This document shows, in pieces, positions 40,950 through 53,509 of a DNA stretch of 64,000 nucleotides; within the stretch, counting starts at the first letter, position 1; each line of letters starts with the position of its first letter. Made by a program: the position numbers and the translations under genes. The DNA is from Octopus vulgaris. Taxonomy: Eukaryota. The notes under the pieces are model-generated. The model saw only the letters and a program-made list of their open reading frames with translations, had not been told where the DNA came from and ran no database searches. The stretch lies in the NCBI GenBank assembly GCA_951406725.2, contig OX597815.1, positions 35,712,001-35,776,000 on the forward strand. Reading direction: 5' to 3'.

Positions 40950-41764
40950 CATACAAAACATTTCACCTAAACCTGGACACATGTTAACTCTTTCATTGAA
41001 AGCTATTCAAACAGCTTCTCTGTATACAGACGATGCCCTTAGAAACATCTTTTTCCCGGATGAGAACATTTTCACCGTAGAAGAAAGCTACAACCGTCAA
41101 AAGGACAGGGTGTGTGCCCACAACTCTAAAGAATCTTTTGAGGTCGTTCGCAAAGTTTAAAGAGGCCATCACCCCGCCTTAGTCATGGTTTGGTGGAGTG
41201 TCTTTTACGAGGGGATGATTGAGCCTCATTTATGTGAAAACCACGGCTCATGTGCACATCACTGACGTCCTAGTGAGTAAAGTTAAGAGCTTTAACAAAT
41301 CCTTGTTCAATGGCAAAGAATAGAGCTTCCAGCAGGACTCAGCCCCAGCACACAAATCCAAGGTTACTTAGGAGTGGTTGTCACAGAATGTTCCTGACTT
41401 CATCAAGCAGATTATCTCTCTGGGAGTTCAGATTTGAATCTTCTGGATTACAAACTGTGGCCAGAGTTGGAGGGGATGACTTTTGGTAAGCCACACAAAA
41501 ATCTGGTTTCTCTTAAGCACGTTCTTGTCGCTGCTACGACCAATTTTCCAATTAATATTGTGCATACTGCAATAGATGAATGGCCTGAGCGTTTGAAGTG
41601 TTGTATTGACAACAGGGGAGGGGGGGTCATTTTGAATAAATTTTGTATAAATTTATTTTTTTGTCCAGCCCACAAATAAATATTCAAACTTTCATTTGAA
41701 TGCACTAATTAATTATCCTGAAATTCAAGTTTTTCTTTGTAACAGCATTTATGGCTATACTAGG
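40950..41764 (+). pseudogene. maT (DD37D, Bmmar1-like) transposase 3' remnant with right TIR
   Basis: IFFPDENIFTVEESYNRQKDRV; VMVWW; FQQDSAPAHKSK; SSDLNLLDYKLW; TIR tgtaacagcatttatggctatactag followed by TA. Confidence 0.85.
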
Positions 41765-41888
41765 TATGTTGTTGTTTAGCTACAATCAAGCTCATCTGTA
41801 GACAAATCATTTCAGCTTTGTCTCTCATATCTTTTCATCGGCTCTGTATAATGAAAACAATCCAATGCATTAGGCCCTATAAGCTACA

Positions 41889-42142
41889 TCTCTTGTGAAA
41901 AGTAGAAGAGTCCAGTTTGCTGGACATTGTTGTGGAGCTGAAAATGAGGTAATTTCTACTCTTCTTCTCTGGAAGCCATCTGCTCGCGATACCAGAGGGC
42001 GCACACTCTCCTACCCTGATGTAATCTCCAGGGATACAGGCATCCAGCAACAGGACCTCCGTAATGCTATGGTGGGCTGTGAAGTCTGGCGTAGCATGGT
42101 AAATTCCATTGTCTCGACCACGGTCAAACAATGATGATGATG
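41889..42142 (+). mobile_element. RTE-like LINE 3' end with (TGA)n tail
   Basis: RRVQFAGHC...LLLWKP...RGR..SYPD.I.RDTG...AM....W; TSD ataagctaca at 41879-41888 and 42143-42152. Confidence 0.85.
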
Positions 42143-42205
42143 ATAAGCTACAGTATTTACAGATCAGAATTGAAACCCTAGACCAGTGAGACCCCTGGGC
42201 AATGA

Positions 42206-42305
42206 GTTAGGATTAGGGTTAAGGTTAGGGTTAGGGTTAGGATTGGGGCTGGGGTTTAAGGGTTAGGGTTAATGTCAGGGTTAGGGTTAGCGCTAGAGTT
42301 AGGGA
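42206..42305 (+). repeat. Degenerate interstitial (TTAGGG)n
   Basis: gttaggattagggttaaggttagggttagggttag... Confidence 0.9.
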
Positions 42306-43186
42306 AAGAAACAATCCAGTTATTTCAGTTAAGGGCTGAAATTAGCTCTGAAATCATTCTTTCATATTCAGCCTATGAACTTTTCAGCCCACCCTTGTAT
42401 TGCTATTGTATCCCTCGCTTGATGTTTTAAGCTTTTAACTTCTCAAGAAAGTCACTTTGCTTACTAATTTCATTGATAAACCTAGTTACACGAAGTCTTA
42501 GTTACTCTATATTACATAAATCAAAACTTGCCGAAGTTATATTACTCTTGTATTAACACTAGAAATGAGGACTATGATTTTCCAGGCGTTAGAATCTATT
42601 CTTTTCCAATAGAATTGAAGATATTGGAAATGTAGATTTTGATATATATGAAAAGATGAGGTGGTGATGCTGGGATCGCCTTCGATCAATAGCTTTATTC
42701 AATGTTTGCTAATCGGGAACAAAAAACTTACGGTCAAATAGACAATACTGGGCAATGTGATGCAAGGGGAACAACTCTTTCAGACTATAACTGTAAAATC
42801 TTGAGATTCTGTGGGATTTTCTTTTTTCTTTTAGTTTTGCTAGTTTTCAGTTTTCAAATTGATGAAAACAATATTTTCACAAATGGAAATCAACATCCTT
42901 AAAATATTTTTAAATAAAACTTTAATGGGTAACATTTTAAATGGAAAATGGAAATTGAACATTAAACCGAATTTTATTGCAAACTGAAATTCGAATTTAA
43001 ATATAACGAAATTTTTGACTAAAAACATTTGAATGAATTATTCTAATTTTCATACAAGGACAAGATTTTTAGAGGTAAGGGCAAGTCGACTATATCGACT
43101 TAAACCGGTACTTTATTCTAGCTAAAGGATGTTTTTTTTTCTTTCTACTATAGGTACAGGACCTGGTCGAGTATATCAACTCCAAG

Positions 43187-43586
43187 CGGTGTCATATGAA
43201 ATTGTCACCCATAATTATGACCCTAGAATCGATCTATTGCATTTCAATCTATTATAGATTTAGGGTTAGTTAGGGTTAGGATTAGGGTTAGGGGTGGGGG
43301 AAGGGTATTTTTTTTCTTCACAAATGATGTAAATAAACTGTTTCTTAAACGAGGAACATATTCATACGGCACAGAATATTGTTTACGTCAATGGACGTAA
43401 TTAATTGGTTGAAATTGCCGAAATGCAAGTAATTAAAGACGAAATATGTTACAAACTACAGAATTTTCTCAAGAAAGCCAAGAGAAAATGATGTTTTGTA
43501 AACACATTCTACCAGTATACGAAGTTTAAAATTTTTTAGTTACCTAGAAATTATGTTAAAAACTGCTGTTCAAACCGAAAAGATCC
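43187..43586. mobile_element. TTAGGG-carrying element with one GGATC-family arm
   Basis: TTAGGG tract ~43259-43295; right end ...gttcaaaccgaaaagatcc homologous to the arms ending at 54490 and 20087. Confidence 0.8.
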
Positions 43587-44067
43587 CTCACTGTATGTCA
43601 CAACCGCACCTCTAGGACTCCATTGAGAGGTTAAAAACCCATAGCATAGCAAAGCATATAAACACTTGAGAAACTTTAATCAAAACAGAATTTACTTTGC
43701 TTACTGCTGGGGTTCTCTGCCATTTTAGCGTCACCGCTTCCACTCAAATTGAAATGTTTTCTATCACTTATTAACCCTTAGAAAACAATAAAAATTATTC
43801 TTTCGGTATTGGTATATTGACTGCTTCATATTTTGTGTTTAATTTCGTTTATTCTAATTCACTTTTATGATTGTACCATTGTAGTTTTTAGTTTCACTAA
43901 ATACAGATTAATGAGAAATACTTCAAGTAATTTGCTTTTCTAATAATTTATGTCGTTACCTTTTTTCTGATTTGCACTTTGACAAAAAGAAAAGGTTACT
44001 CTTAACATTATTAACCGGAAACGCAATAGAAAAAAAAAATAGTGCAACGGGTGTAAAAAAAAAAAAG

Positions 44068-45170
44068 TCTAGGAAACGAATATGAAAACAAAAATACGCG
44101 GAAAGCAATGGGGTGGGGAGGACTTCAGAAAATTCACAAGGTTCGCAAGATCCGAGTTTTTCCCTCGTAACTTTAGGGAAAATATAATCCTTTTGAAATC
44201 ACAAATTAGGTTTTTCCTCAGAAACTTGGATGCTAAACATACCTTTGAAGGTTCGGGTAATTACTTCAACTGTGTGTCTGTGTGTGTGTGTGTGTGTGTG
44301 TATGTGTGTGTGTGTGTGTGTTCCTTACTCGATTAAAATTTCTGCACGAAAAATTGCTAAAGTAAAGTGAAAACATTAAATACCATTTGAAAACTTGTGA
44401 TTTTTAAGAAGTACGTAAAAGATATTTAGTTTTAATATAATACTTTGTTTCACACACACACAAATAGTAACGTGGTTTTTATAAGGATTTTGTATCATTC
44501 TTTCTCTCTCTTGTCCAGACTTCATTACCACTAATTTTTATAAAGGTGTACTTATAAAAATTAAACAAAATTTTAAAGAAACAGCCCCCATTTTCCGGAC
44601 AAAAAAGTGTTTTGTGGCATATTAGGTCACCGTAATTCATTCATCGGAAAAAGAAAAACATTTTCCAATAATTCCGGTTTCTTCCCCGCCTCCCACACAC
44701 TTTTTCCGAAGAAAAATAAGGGCTTTGCGACACATTAGGCATCAGTAATGCATGCTGTTTAAAAGGTATTTATATACAATTTCATTAAAAGATATCATTT
44801 TCCTCAGTTACGAGGGAAAATCTCGGATCTTGTGAATCTTGTGAATTTTCCGAAGTCCTCTCCCCTCCCTCCCTCCCTCGTTACTTTCCGCGCATTTCTG
44901 TTTTCAGATTCGGTTCCTACATGGGTGTGAAGTAAAAAGATATCCATTTTCCTCAAAGTTACGAGGGAATAACAGTCGGATCTAGTGAATTTTCCGAAGT
45001 CCTCTCCCCACCACCTCGGAAAAGATTTTCCCCATAAATTTCTTTATAATCGTAATATATACTGTTTGAAAGGTGTTTATATAAAATTTCATTAAAAAAA
45101 AACCTTTTCCTAAAAGTTATGAGGGAAAAACATCAGATCTTGTGAATTTTCCGAAGGCTTCTCCCCACTT
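44068..45170. repeat. Unclassified element with inverted and direct subterminal repeats
   Basis: ~44070-44200 is the reverse complement of ~44785-44920; gttacgagggaa...ggatct(t/a)gtgaattttccgaag recurs at ~44807, ~44958 and ~45117. Confidence 0.7.
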
Positions 45171-45674
45171 ACCTAAAATTCTATAACGCCAACCATTTTC
45201 TCCACATTTGCGCATCGCCACCCAGGAAGTGAAAACGTTTTAGCAGTGAGTTAAAGTCGACAACAGATATTTGTTCTGGCTCTTTGCAGTTCAAATCCGA
45301 TCAACTTTATCGTTCATCCATTTAAGAAATCCCGCTGATGTTAACCTTGTCGTTCATTCATGTAAGGAAGAGAAGTATAATATTTATTTAATTGGTATCT
45401 ATTTTATACACCCCACAAGAAATGAAAAACCAGGTTAACCACTAGGCAATTTTAACTTGCATTGTAAAGGGAGATGCTCTCCCGATTCTCCTCTTTTGTG
45501 AGGGAGAATAATAAAAACGAAAAGAATACACTTTAAATAAAATTCTTTTCTCTAAAAACCTCCTCTTCCTTTCATTTTTATCGTTTTTCTTTCTTTTTAC
45601 TTACTGTAATCAAATTTTATATATTTTTTTTTTTTCTGCTTTTATATTTCAAAATAAATTTTCTCCGTCCATTT

Positions 45675-46007
45675 AAGGAGCAGTCGTGGCTGAGTTGTAA
45701 GAAGCTTGCTTCCCAACCACATGGCACCTTGGGCAAGTGTCTTTTATTATAGCACCAGGCTGACCAAAGCCTTGAGAGTGGATTTGGTAGGCGGAAACTG
45801 AAAGAGGACCGTCGTATGTATTTATGCGTGCGTGTCTGTGTTCGGCCCCCACCATCACTTGACAACCGATGTTGGTGTGTTTACATCCCAGTCACTTAAC
45901 AGTTCAGCAAAAGAGACTTACAAAGAATAAGTCCTGAGGTCGATTTCTTTAAGACGGTGCTCCAGCATGGTCACAATCAAATGACTGAAACAAGTAAAAG
46001 ATTAAAA
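45675..46007 (+). mobile_element. SINE family B, degenerate
   Basis: gcaccttgggcaagtgtctt; tail atgactgaaacaagtaaaaga. Confidence 0.85.
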
Positions 46008-46439
46008 GTGTGTGTGTTTGTGTTTTTGTGACTGTTTGTTAACTCTATCTTGTCTAAAATATCCTGAGAGACTCATTCTATGCTCTGTATTGTATTCTGT
46101 CTCACATGCATGCACCTTGCTTGTACTTCTGTCGCACACACAGACACAAACACTTGTTGCACGCACCGTTGTTATACTTACAATGGACACACAGACACAC
46201 GTGTGCACGCACCCAGACACTCCACTTTGCTAGCACCCATACACACTCTTATTGTAAACACCTGTAAATAAAGTCTATCTTTCTCTCAAACAGGATAACG
46301 GTTGTGTCGTCTTTCTTATTCCTTTTGGCACTTATTCTTTTATATCATGTATTTGGCTTCTTTTGTTAGGGCGACCGTGCGGTGTTAAAAAGGAGACATT
46401 TCTGCCACCAACTCCTTACGTACGGTCGTTTTCCCAACA
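46008..46439 (+). mobile_element. Possible solo-LTR remnant
   Basis: AATAAA at ~46267 and ...cccaACA end; no TSD or PBS confirmed. Confidence 0.3.
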
Positions 46440-46493
46440 AGTATGATTTTTTTTTTATAAATCCCTCCAAATGATTTATCATTTTCAACATTA

Positions 46494-47168
46494 CTAGTGG
46501 GACCCGTGGAAATTCCACGGAATGGAAAAAATTAAGAGGACCTATTTAAGAAAAAAAAAGGATGGTTTGCTTTTTTATACCATTCATAGTTTAGCTTTCT
46601 TTAAATATTCTTGACGTTCGTCTTCATTAATGTCCTCACGTCTTCGTCGATGCTGCCTTTTGACTCCTTATATTATATTTTCTCGCTGTTCCTCTTTGAT
46701 CTGTGCTCTATATCTGCGCATCCTTTCTCGGGCAGCTTGCAACCGTGTTTCTTGCGAATCCAGAGTTTAGGCTAAATTAATCCTTATAAACAAATATGAA
46801 TTTTTTAAGCGATCAGATGATAAATAATTGCGCTTACACGCATGCTTTAAGTGATTGTTGCTATAAAAAAATTAATTCAATAAAAAAATACTTTTCACTA
46901 CCAACACACCACCACCACCACTAGCTCTCTCTCTCTCAGTATAACTGCCTCCCCTGTCCATCTCTCTTTATCTACCTTTCCCTTCAGTTAACTTTTTAAC
47001 CACATAATAAGCATTCCTTCCCCCCACACCTTACTGCACATCATTAACACTTCTCACGTCGTCTTTTTCTATCGTTCTTCACCTCTACCTGCAGCTGACC
47101 ACGTGACCATTTGGTCTAAGTATTAATATTAATCACCTTACTCTACTTCTTCCTCTCTTCTTTCTTTA

Positions 47169-47208
<40 letters not shown>

Positions 47209-47219
47209 TTTCTTCCTCC

Positions 47220-47262
<43 letters not shown>

Positions 47263-47332
47263 AGTCTTACTCTACCACCACCTCTCTGACTAATATATAA
47301 CGGGCGAACGAACAAACAGATTATTATGTAGA
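46494..47332 (-). mobile_element. Non-autonomous Helitron with a short charged coding remnant
   Basis: Minus strand A|TCtacataataa start, hairpin ccgtggaatttccacgg, CTAG|T end; internal ETRLQAARERMRRYRAQIKEEQRE. Confidence 0.78.
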
Positions 47333-47340
47333 TCTCATAT

Positions 47341-47500
47341 GAGTTCAAATTCCGCCGGGGTCGACTTTGCCTTTCATCCTTTCGGGGTCGATAAAATTAA
47401 GTACCAGTAACGCACTGGCGTCGATGTAATCGACTTAATCCCTTTGTCTGTCCTTGTTTGCCTCCTCTATGTTTAGCCCCTTGTGGGTAATAAAGAAACA
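47341..47500 (+). mobile_element. SINE family A, 5'-truncated, with 19-bp TSD
   Basis: TSD tattatgtagatctcatat at 47322-47340 and 47501-47519. Confidence 0.92.
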
Positions 47501-47521
47501 TATTATGTAGATCTCATATAC

Positions 47522-47672
47522 AGGCGTTACAGTGTGGTAAGATGCTTGCTTCCCAACCACAAGGTTCTGGGTTCAGTCCCACTGCGTGGCACCTTGGGCA
47601 AGTATCTTTTATTATAGCTTCGGGCTGACCAAAGCCTTATGAGTTGATTTGGTAGTCGGAAATTGAAAGAAG

Positions 47673-47731
<59 letters not shown>

Positions 47732-47937
47732 CTGCGTTTGTCCCACCACCGCTTGACAACAGGTGTTGGTATGTTTGTATTCCCGTAACTTAACGGTTCG
47801 GCAAAATACACCGATAGAATAAGTACCAGGCTTAAAACATACGTCCTAGGGTCGATTCATTCGGTTAAAAATTCTTCGAGGCGGTGACCCAGCATGGCCG
47901 CAGTCTCATGACTGAAACAAGTAAAAGATAAAAGTAA
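47522..47937 (+). mobile_element. SINE family B
   Basis: Colinear with 22585-23028. Confidence 0.9.
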
Positions 47938-47949
47938 ACGATAGATAGG

Positions 47950-48312
47950 CTGAGTGGGGAGACCCCCTTCGGTCATGAATGACCATGGGATTGCACATAA
48001 AAAGTTACCCTCCGAGGTACAAGTCCGGGCAAGGTTGTTTATGGAAGGCCAGCAGTTGCCCATGCATACTAGCCTCCCCTCTCCATATCACTGATGTTAT
48101 CCAGGGGAAAGGCAAAGGCCGATACAGCTTAGCACCAGTGATGTCGCAACTCATTTCTACAGCTAAGTTGACTGGAGCAACGTAAAATTATCTTTTACCA
48201 CGTAAAAGTATCTTGCTCAAGAATACAACACGCAGCCCGGTCCGGGAATCGAATTTACAACCTCACGATCGTAAGCTCGACGCTCTAACCACTGAGCCAT
48301 GCGCCTTCACAC
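47950..48312 (-). mobile_element. SINE with family C head and a different 3' body
   Basis: Minus-strand head gtgaaggcgcatggctcagtggttag...ttcgattcccgg; body unrelated to 36255-36420. Confidence 0.78.
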
Positions 48313-48549
48313 AGGCTGAGTATTTCCTGGGGAATACCTTTTTAGTTTCTAGTGCTGTTAGACGCTACTACGCTTGCTTTTTGCTAGGTAGTCACTCGCT
48401 TGACGGAGGACTTTTTGATCGAGGATTATGGAGTGAAGCGTAGATAGAGGTAAGTTAAACAAAACGGCAATATGTAACCAATACACAGTGCTCCTCCACA
48501 GTTCATGGTCCTGTTCCTGATATTTATATTGTTGCCAAATATTTTATCA

Positions 48550-48750
48550 GTAGGCCTGAAATTTTGGGGAAGAGTCTAGCTGATTATGTCGACTCTAGTG
48601 CTCCATTGATATTTTTTATTTTACTGATTCCGAAAGGATAAAAGGTAAAGTCGACCTCGGTGGAATTTGAACCCAGAATGTATAGCCAGAAGAGATGTCA
48701 CGAAGCATTTTTGTCCGGCATGATAGCGATTGTGCCAGATGGCCGCCCTA
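48550..48750 (-). mobile_element. SINE family A (alternative tail), degenerate
   Basis: aaagtcgacctcggtggaatttgaacccagaa core. Confidence 0.75.
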
Positions 48751-49930
48751 AGAAGTAAGAGTGATAATAAAAATAATAGAGGAGCTAATTTCTGAAGAAA
48801 TATATCTCTCCAATGCTAACATGTATTCGGTATTGGTGAAATGTCCTGCATGTAAGGTGATGGGTAAACAATTAGGAGACAGTAACAGATGCAGGATAAA
48901 TTATTTATTAAGAGAAAGTTGATTTGCCTAAAAATGTTGGACGCAGTGTATATCGCTCACAACGTCTGGAACAATTTCATCTTCTTCACTTCCAGACAAA
49001 GAGCAAGGGTTCGAAAAATTAAAGCCATCACTCATCACGGTAACTGAACTTATCTATTTCTCCACTGCACACTCAAATAGATGCATTATTGTATTCAGAG
49101 TCGGTCAGAGGTTGCAAAAATGCTATTTATCAGGTGGTCAATCACTACTTTAAAAAAAATAGAAATACAAAAAGCACTGTTCTATATTATAGAGGATAGG
49201 CTTAATCTATGAGTTGTCTAAACGTCTAATGAAAATAGAGCTCTGCATTCAATGAGTTTTTATGTTGTAATAATTTTACCTATATTACCAACGTGAGCGT
49301 ATTGGTTATCCAAGATGACTGTATCTAATTCAATGGCTCCCTGTTCTCATTTTAAATCTAATTTATGTTAATTCTACTTCGTATCCTTCAGATATCTATA
49401 AAGGGAAATTGTAGACTATGGTCTAATTAACTATTTATCCCCATCAAACAAAACAACCTCCAAGTCCCTAAAAACACTGGAATATTCGAAGGAAAGCAAA
49501 AAGGAAGTAATACACTGTAACAAGTGCAAGTCCACATAGATAAGTCCAGACCTAGAAGATAACTTACTTTTTTTAATGTTGAGATTATAACATGATAGCA
49601 ATAAAAAAATTAAGATCGTTCTTAGCGATGTTCTGAATTGTCTTTCATTCTACAGTAGTTGTTGCTGAAGCTGTTGATAATGGCTTATTTTTGTCTTAAT
49701 TTGGGGAAAGGAGCAGAAACCAAGAGATTTGCTCCCCTCCTTGGTTGGTGAGATTAATATGGTTGATATTCAACTTTAACATATGTTTGTTGACGGTTGC
49801 AGAGAAAACTTGGGTGAGAACAGAGTTTCAATGAGTTTGATTCTTTAGAAATAGCTTATATGCAATTAACTACTTTTAAAACAGTATAGATCATTGTAGG
49901 AGCGATGTAGTAGATAGAAAGGGGAGATAG

Positions 49931-50343
49931 GCTGCGAGCTGGCAGAAACGTTAGCACGCCGGGCGAAATGCTTAGCGGTATTTCGGTGCCGTTACGTTCT
50001 GAGTTCAAATTCCGCCGAGGTCGACTTTACCTTTCATCCTTTCGGGGTCGATAAATTAAGTACCAGTTACGCACTGGGGTCGATATAATCGACTTAATCC
50101 GTTTGTCGGTCCTTGTTTGTCCTGTCTGTGTTTAGCCCCTTGTGAGTAGTAAAGAAATAGGTATTTCGTCTGCCGTTACGTTCTGAGTTCAAATTCCGCC
50201 GATGTCGACTTTACCTTTCATCCTTTCGGGGTCGATAAATTAAGTACCAGTTACGCACTGGGGTTGATGTAATCGACTTAATCCGTTTGTCGGACCTTGT
50301 TTGTCTCCTTTATGTTTAGCCTCTTGTGAGCAATAAAGAAATA
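49931..50343 (+). mobile_element. SINE family A dimer with 15-bp TSD
   Basis: Unit junction aaagaaatag|gtatttcgtc; TSD agaaag(g/a)ggagatag at 49916-49930 and 50344-50358. Confidence 0.92.
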
Positions 50344-50589
50344 AGAAAGAGGAGATAGTGTGTCTCCGAACAAGAAGCTGAAGTGTATAGATGAGTGACT
50401 ATTTATCAAACAGACAGATGGTTTCCTTTTTCGATGCAGTTTGAGATGTGGGAGCAATATTCCATTGCCGATGTCACGTGAGCTTTGAAGAATTGCTAGC
50501 GCATCGGACAAAATATTTAGCGGCATTTCTTCCGGCTCTTTACAACTTTAATACAGGGCTGAACTGATTGCTAAACAGTTCTTTAATAA

Positions 50590-51650
50590 TTCTTTTGACA
50601 GAGCGTTGCACGCTGGGCTGATCCATAAGTTCAGAGGCTATAACCTGCCTGGGCTTTTCCTTAACAAGGAAGTTGTTTCTTTCAAATCGCAAAATCAAGG
50701 TGGTCTTTGATGGTTGGCAGTCAAAGTCATATGCTATCAATACTGGAGTGCTTCAAGGTTCTGTACATGGTCCTACTCTTTTTCGCTTTTTCATTAATGA
50801 CTTTTTTTCATTAATAACCTTGTTTCTAAACTCGCTATCTATGCCGATGACACCACTGTTTACACCTGTCCTGACAAAACTAGTAGCCTTGAGCAAGCTA
50901 CATTTCATCACTATCTTCACATGTTCACAGAGTTGGGTTGGTGACAAAGCTTACGGCAATTAATCATTATAGACAGTCATCACTTACCTCCATTACTGTC
51001 GGTGAATTTGATCTTCCAGAAAGCTACAGCATCCGACTTCTTGGTTTGACTTTGACCAAGGATCTCTCTCTTGTAACAAATATGTTCAGTCTATTGCCAT
51101 GTCAGATGCCAAGAAAACTGGATTTCTCTTCTGTTCTCGCAAATGTCTTACTCCAAAGAGTATCTTTTATCTCTACAATGTCACCATTTGACCTTGCATT
51201 GAATATCGTTGTCATCTTTGAGCTGGCGCCTTCTCTGAGTGTCATAACTTGCTTGATAGAATTCAGAATCGAGTTGATCTTTGTCTACTGGACTGGAGTC
51301 TTTGGTTTATAGACAAAATGTATCTTCTTTGTGTATTTTTTTCTTTAATTATTTTCATAGTCATTGCTCTGATGAGCTTTCTGGTCTAGTAACCTCTGTC
51401 AACACCTTTAAACGTGTCACCCGCTTCTCTTCTCAGGAGCATCGCTTCTCTGTTGAGATTCTTGTTAGTCCATAGGTCTTTTTTATTATAGTAACTTCTT
51501 TCCTTGAACTGTTGCTTTGGTCTATGACATCCAGTCTTTTAATTTTTCTATCAATCAACATTTTTTGAATTTTTAGGCCACCTCTTTTCCTTCTTTTGAA
51601 GTCCCTTACACTACAATGATCTCAAACCCTGTTTGGGACAAAATTGCGTG
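50590..51650 (+). pseudogene. CR1/L2-like LINE reverse transcriptase remnant
   Basis: FLSNRKIKVV.DG..S....INTGVLQGSVHGPTLF.FFINDF, then AIYADDTT after a frameshift; IRLLGLTL. Confidence 0.85.
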
Positions 51651-52104
51651 ATATATATAATATATGTATATAATGTTCTTCTTTTGCATCTTAAAGAAAG
51701 TCGTTAGAGTGTTAAGCAGAAAGCTATGTGGTATTTCTTCCGATCCTCGAAATATCGACTGCTGCCACCACCAATGCTTATCGTCTGATGGTAATCATGA
51801 GTCGGAATACATAAGAGTTGGTAACATAATAGTCAGACCTTTATTACAGCCAATTCATATTATTATTGTTGTTGTTTTCGTTCCCACCAAACACCCCGCT
51901 GTTGGGTTTTTTTAGTTTTTTTTGTTGTTGTCTTGTTAGATATTGTGAATGAGAATGAATAGTCAGTATGAAACTAAGTTATGTCTAGACTGATTATTGG
52001 TTATTGTCTTTACTAATTAACTGTAATAATTTTGAATGCTAGCAGCATTTTACAATTCATTTACCAACTTCTGTTGTAAGTCTTCAATTAAAATTTATTT
52101 CAAA

Positions 52105-52455
52105 TGTTGGGGCATAGCCGGCAATTTCGGAAGAGAGGCTAAGTTGATTACATCCACCCCAGTATTCAACTGGTACTTATTTTATCGACCACGAAATAAT
52201 GAAAGACATAGTCGACCTCGGTGGAATTTGAACTCGGAACGTAAAGACGGACGAAATACTGCTAAGCATTTTGTCCGGCGTGCTAACGATTCCGCCAGAT
52301 CACCGCCCTAAGTCTTAAATTAATATTGGTTTCATATTTTGGCACATGGCCAGCTATTTCGGGGGAAGGGTAAGTCGATTACATCGACCCCAGCACTGGT
52401 ACTTATTTTATCGACCCCAAAAAGATGAAAGGCAAAGTCGACTTTGGTGAAGTTT
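52105..52455 (-). mobile_element. Two SINE family A (alternative tail) units
   Basis: Repeated tggtacttattttatcgacc...gtcgac core. Confidence 0.8.
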
Positions 52456-53039
52456 TTAATTAATATTGTAAACTGCATAGAAACAACCTGTTCTGCAATG
52501 GTTAGTATGAATAAAAGGAAAAGAGTTGCCGGGGAGATTTTTTTTTTGTTTCAGTAATAGAAGGTTAATCTCTTTGGTTAAATAAGGATTATAAAAAGGC
52601 ATCATCCAATTTTGTAAAACAGATCGAAACCGTTTCTTTGTGGGAAGATAACTTCTTTCAATATCTTATTATTTCAGAAGATATTTGTTTTCAATGCACG
52701 TAGATTGTGGTTTGTCCCATTTGTTATCGGAAGAATATTACTATCGAGATTTAAACGTGAATTATGCTATCGATTTAAACGAATGTTTATCAGTTCCTTG
52801 ATACTTGCAGCGCTGATAAAATGTAATCGTTTTGAGCCTTCTTTACATATGCTGATGTTTTGATTTTGATTTGACCTTGAGATAACTTAGCGGTTGTTTA
52901 GCTCTGCGTCAGTCGATGGAGCAAAGCCATGATTAAAGACATTTCATCTTTAACTATCTTGTCTTTTTGTTTATCTAGCTAGTCGAACGATAGCATGAAC
53001 TCTACAAATCGTTCTCTTATTCACTAATAAAAATTTACA

Positions 53040-53360
53040 TGGATGTTCTTTAAGATTGAACAATGTGAAGAAAGTAGTAAGAAAACGTATTAACTTAAAA
53101 GAAAAAAGATAAGAAATTCAATAACAAAAAATTTTAAGAAATTTTGGAGGACCTAAACGCGGTATGTGGTGATTTATTGTAACATTAAGAGGGTTATTAG
53201 CTAAGCAAAGACTAAATGTCCAAGCTCTTCTATGTGCTAAAACATGAAGCGAAACTCTTCATGACTGTTAAAGAATTAGAGAATCAAAAATGGTTAATAG
53301 GACTGAGCATTTTTATTGATATCTCAAGTGATATAAATGTAAGTTTGAAACTTTAACAAT
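53040..53360 (+). pseudogene. Decayed hAT (Charlie/SPIN-like) transposase fragment
   Basis: EILEDLNAVCGDLL*H*EGY*LS...LKHEAKLFM..ELENQKWLIGLSIFIDIS resembles the GDLLYHTEVRWLS...WL..LAFL.DI block. Confidence 0.55.
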
Positions 53361-53509
53361 AAGATAATACGTGGAAAAGTCACCAATGGTGGATACAGCG
53401 CAGTGGATTGATAGCCACCAATTTAACGGGTACCACTATAACGTGCATGACGTGAATGTAAAATGAAGCATCAGAAGGCAAGTTGGTAATAAAATATAGG
53501 GATTTATTC

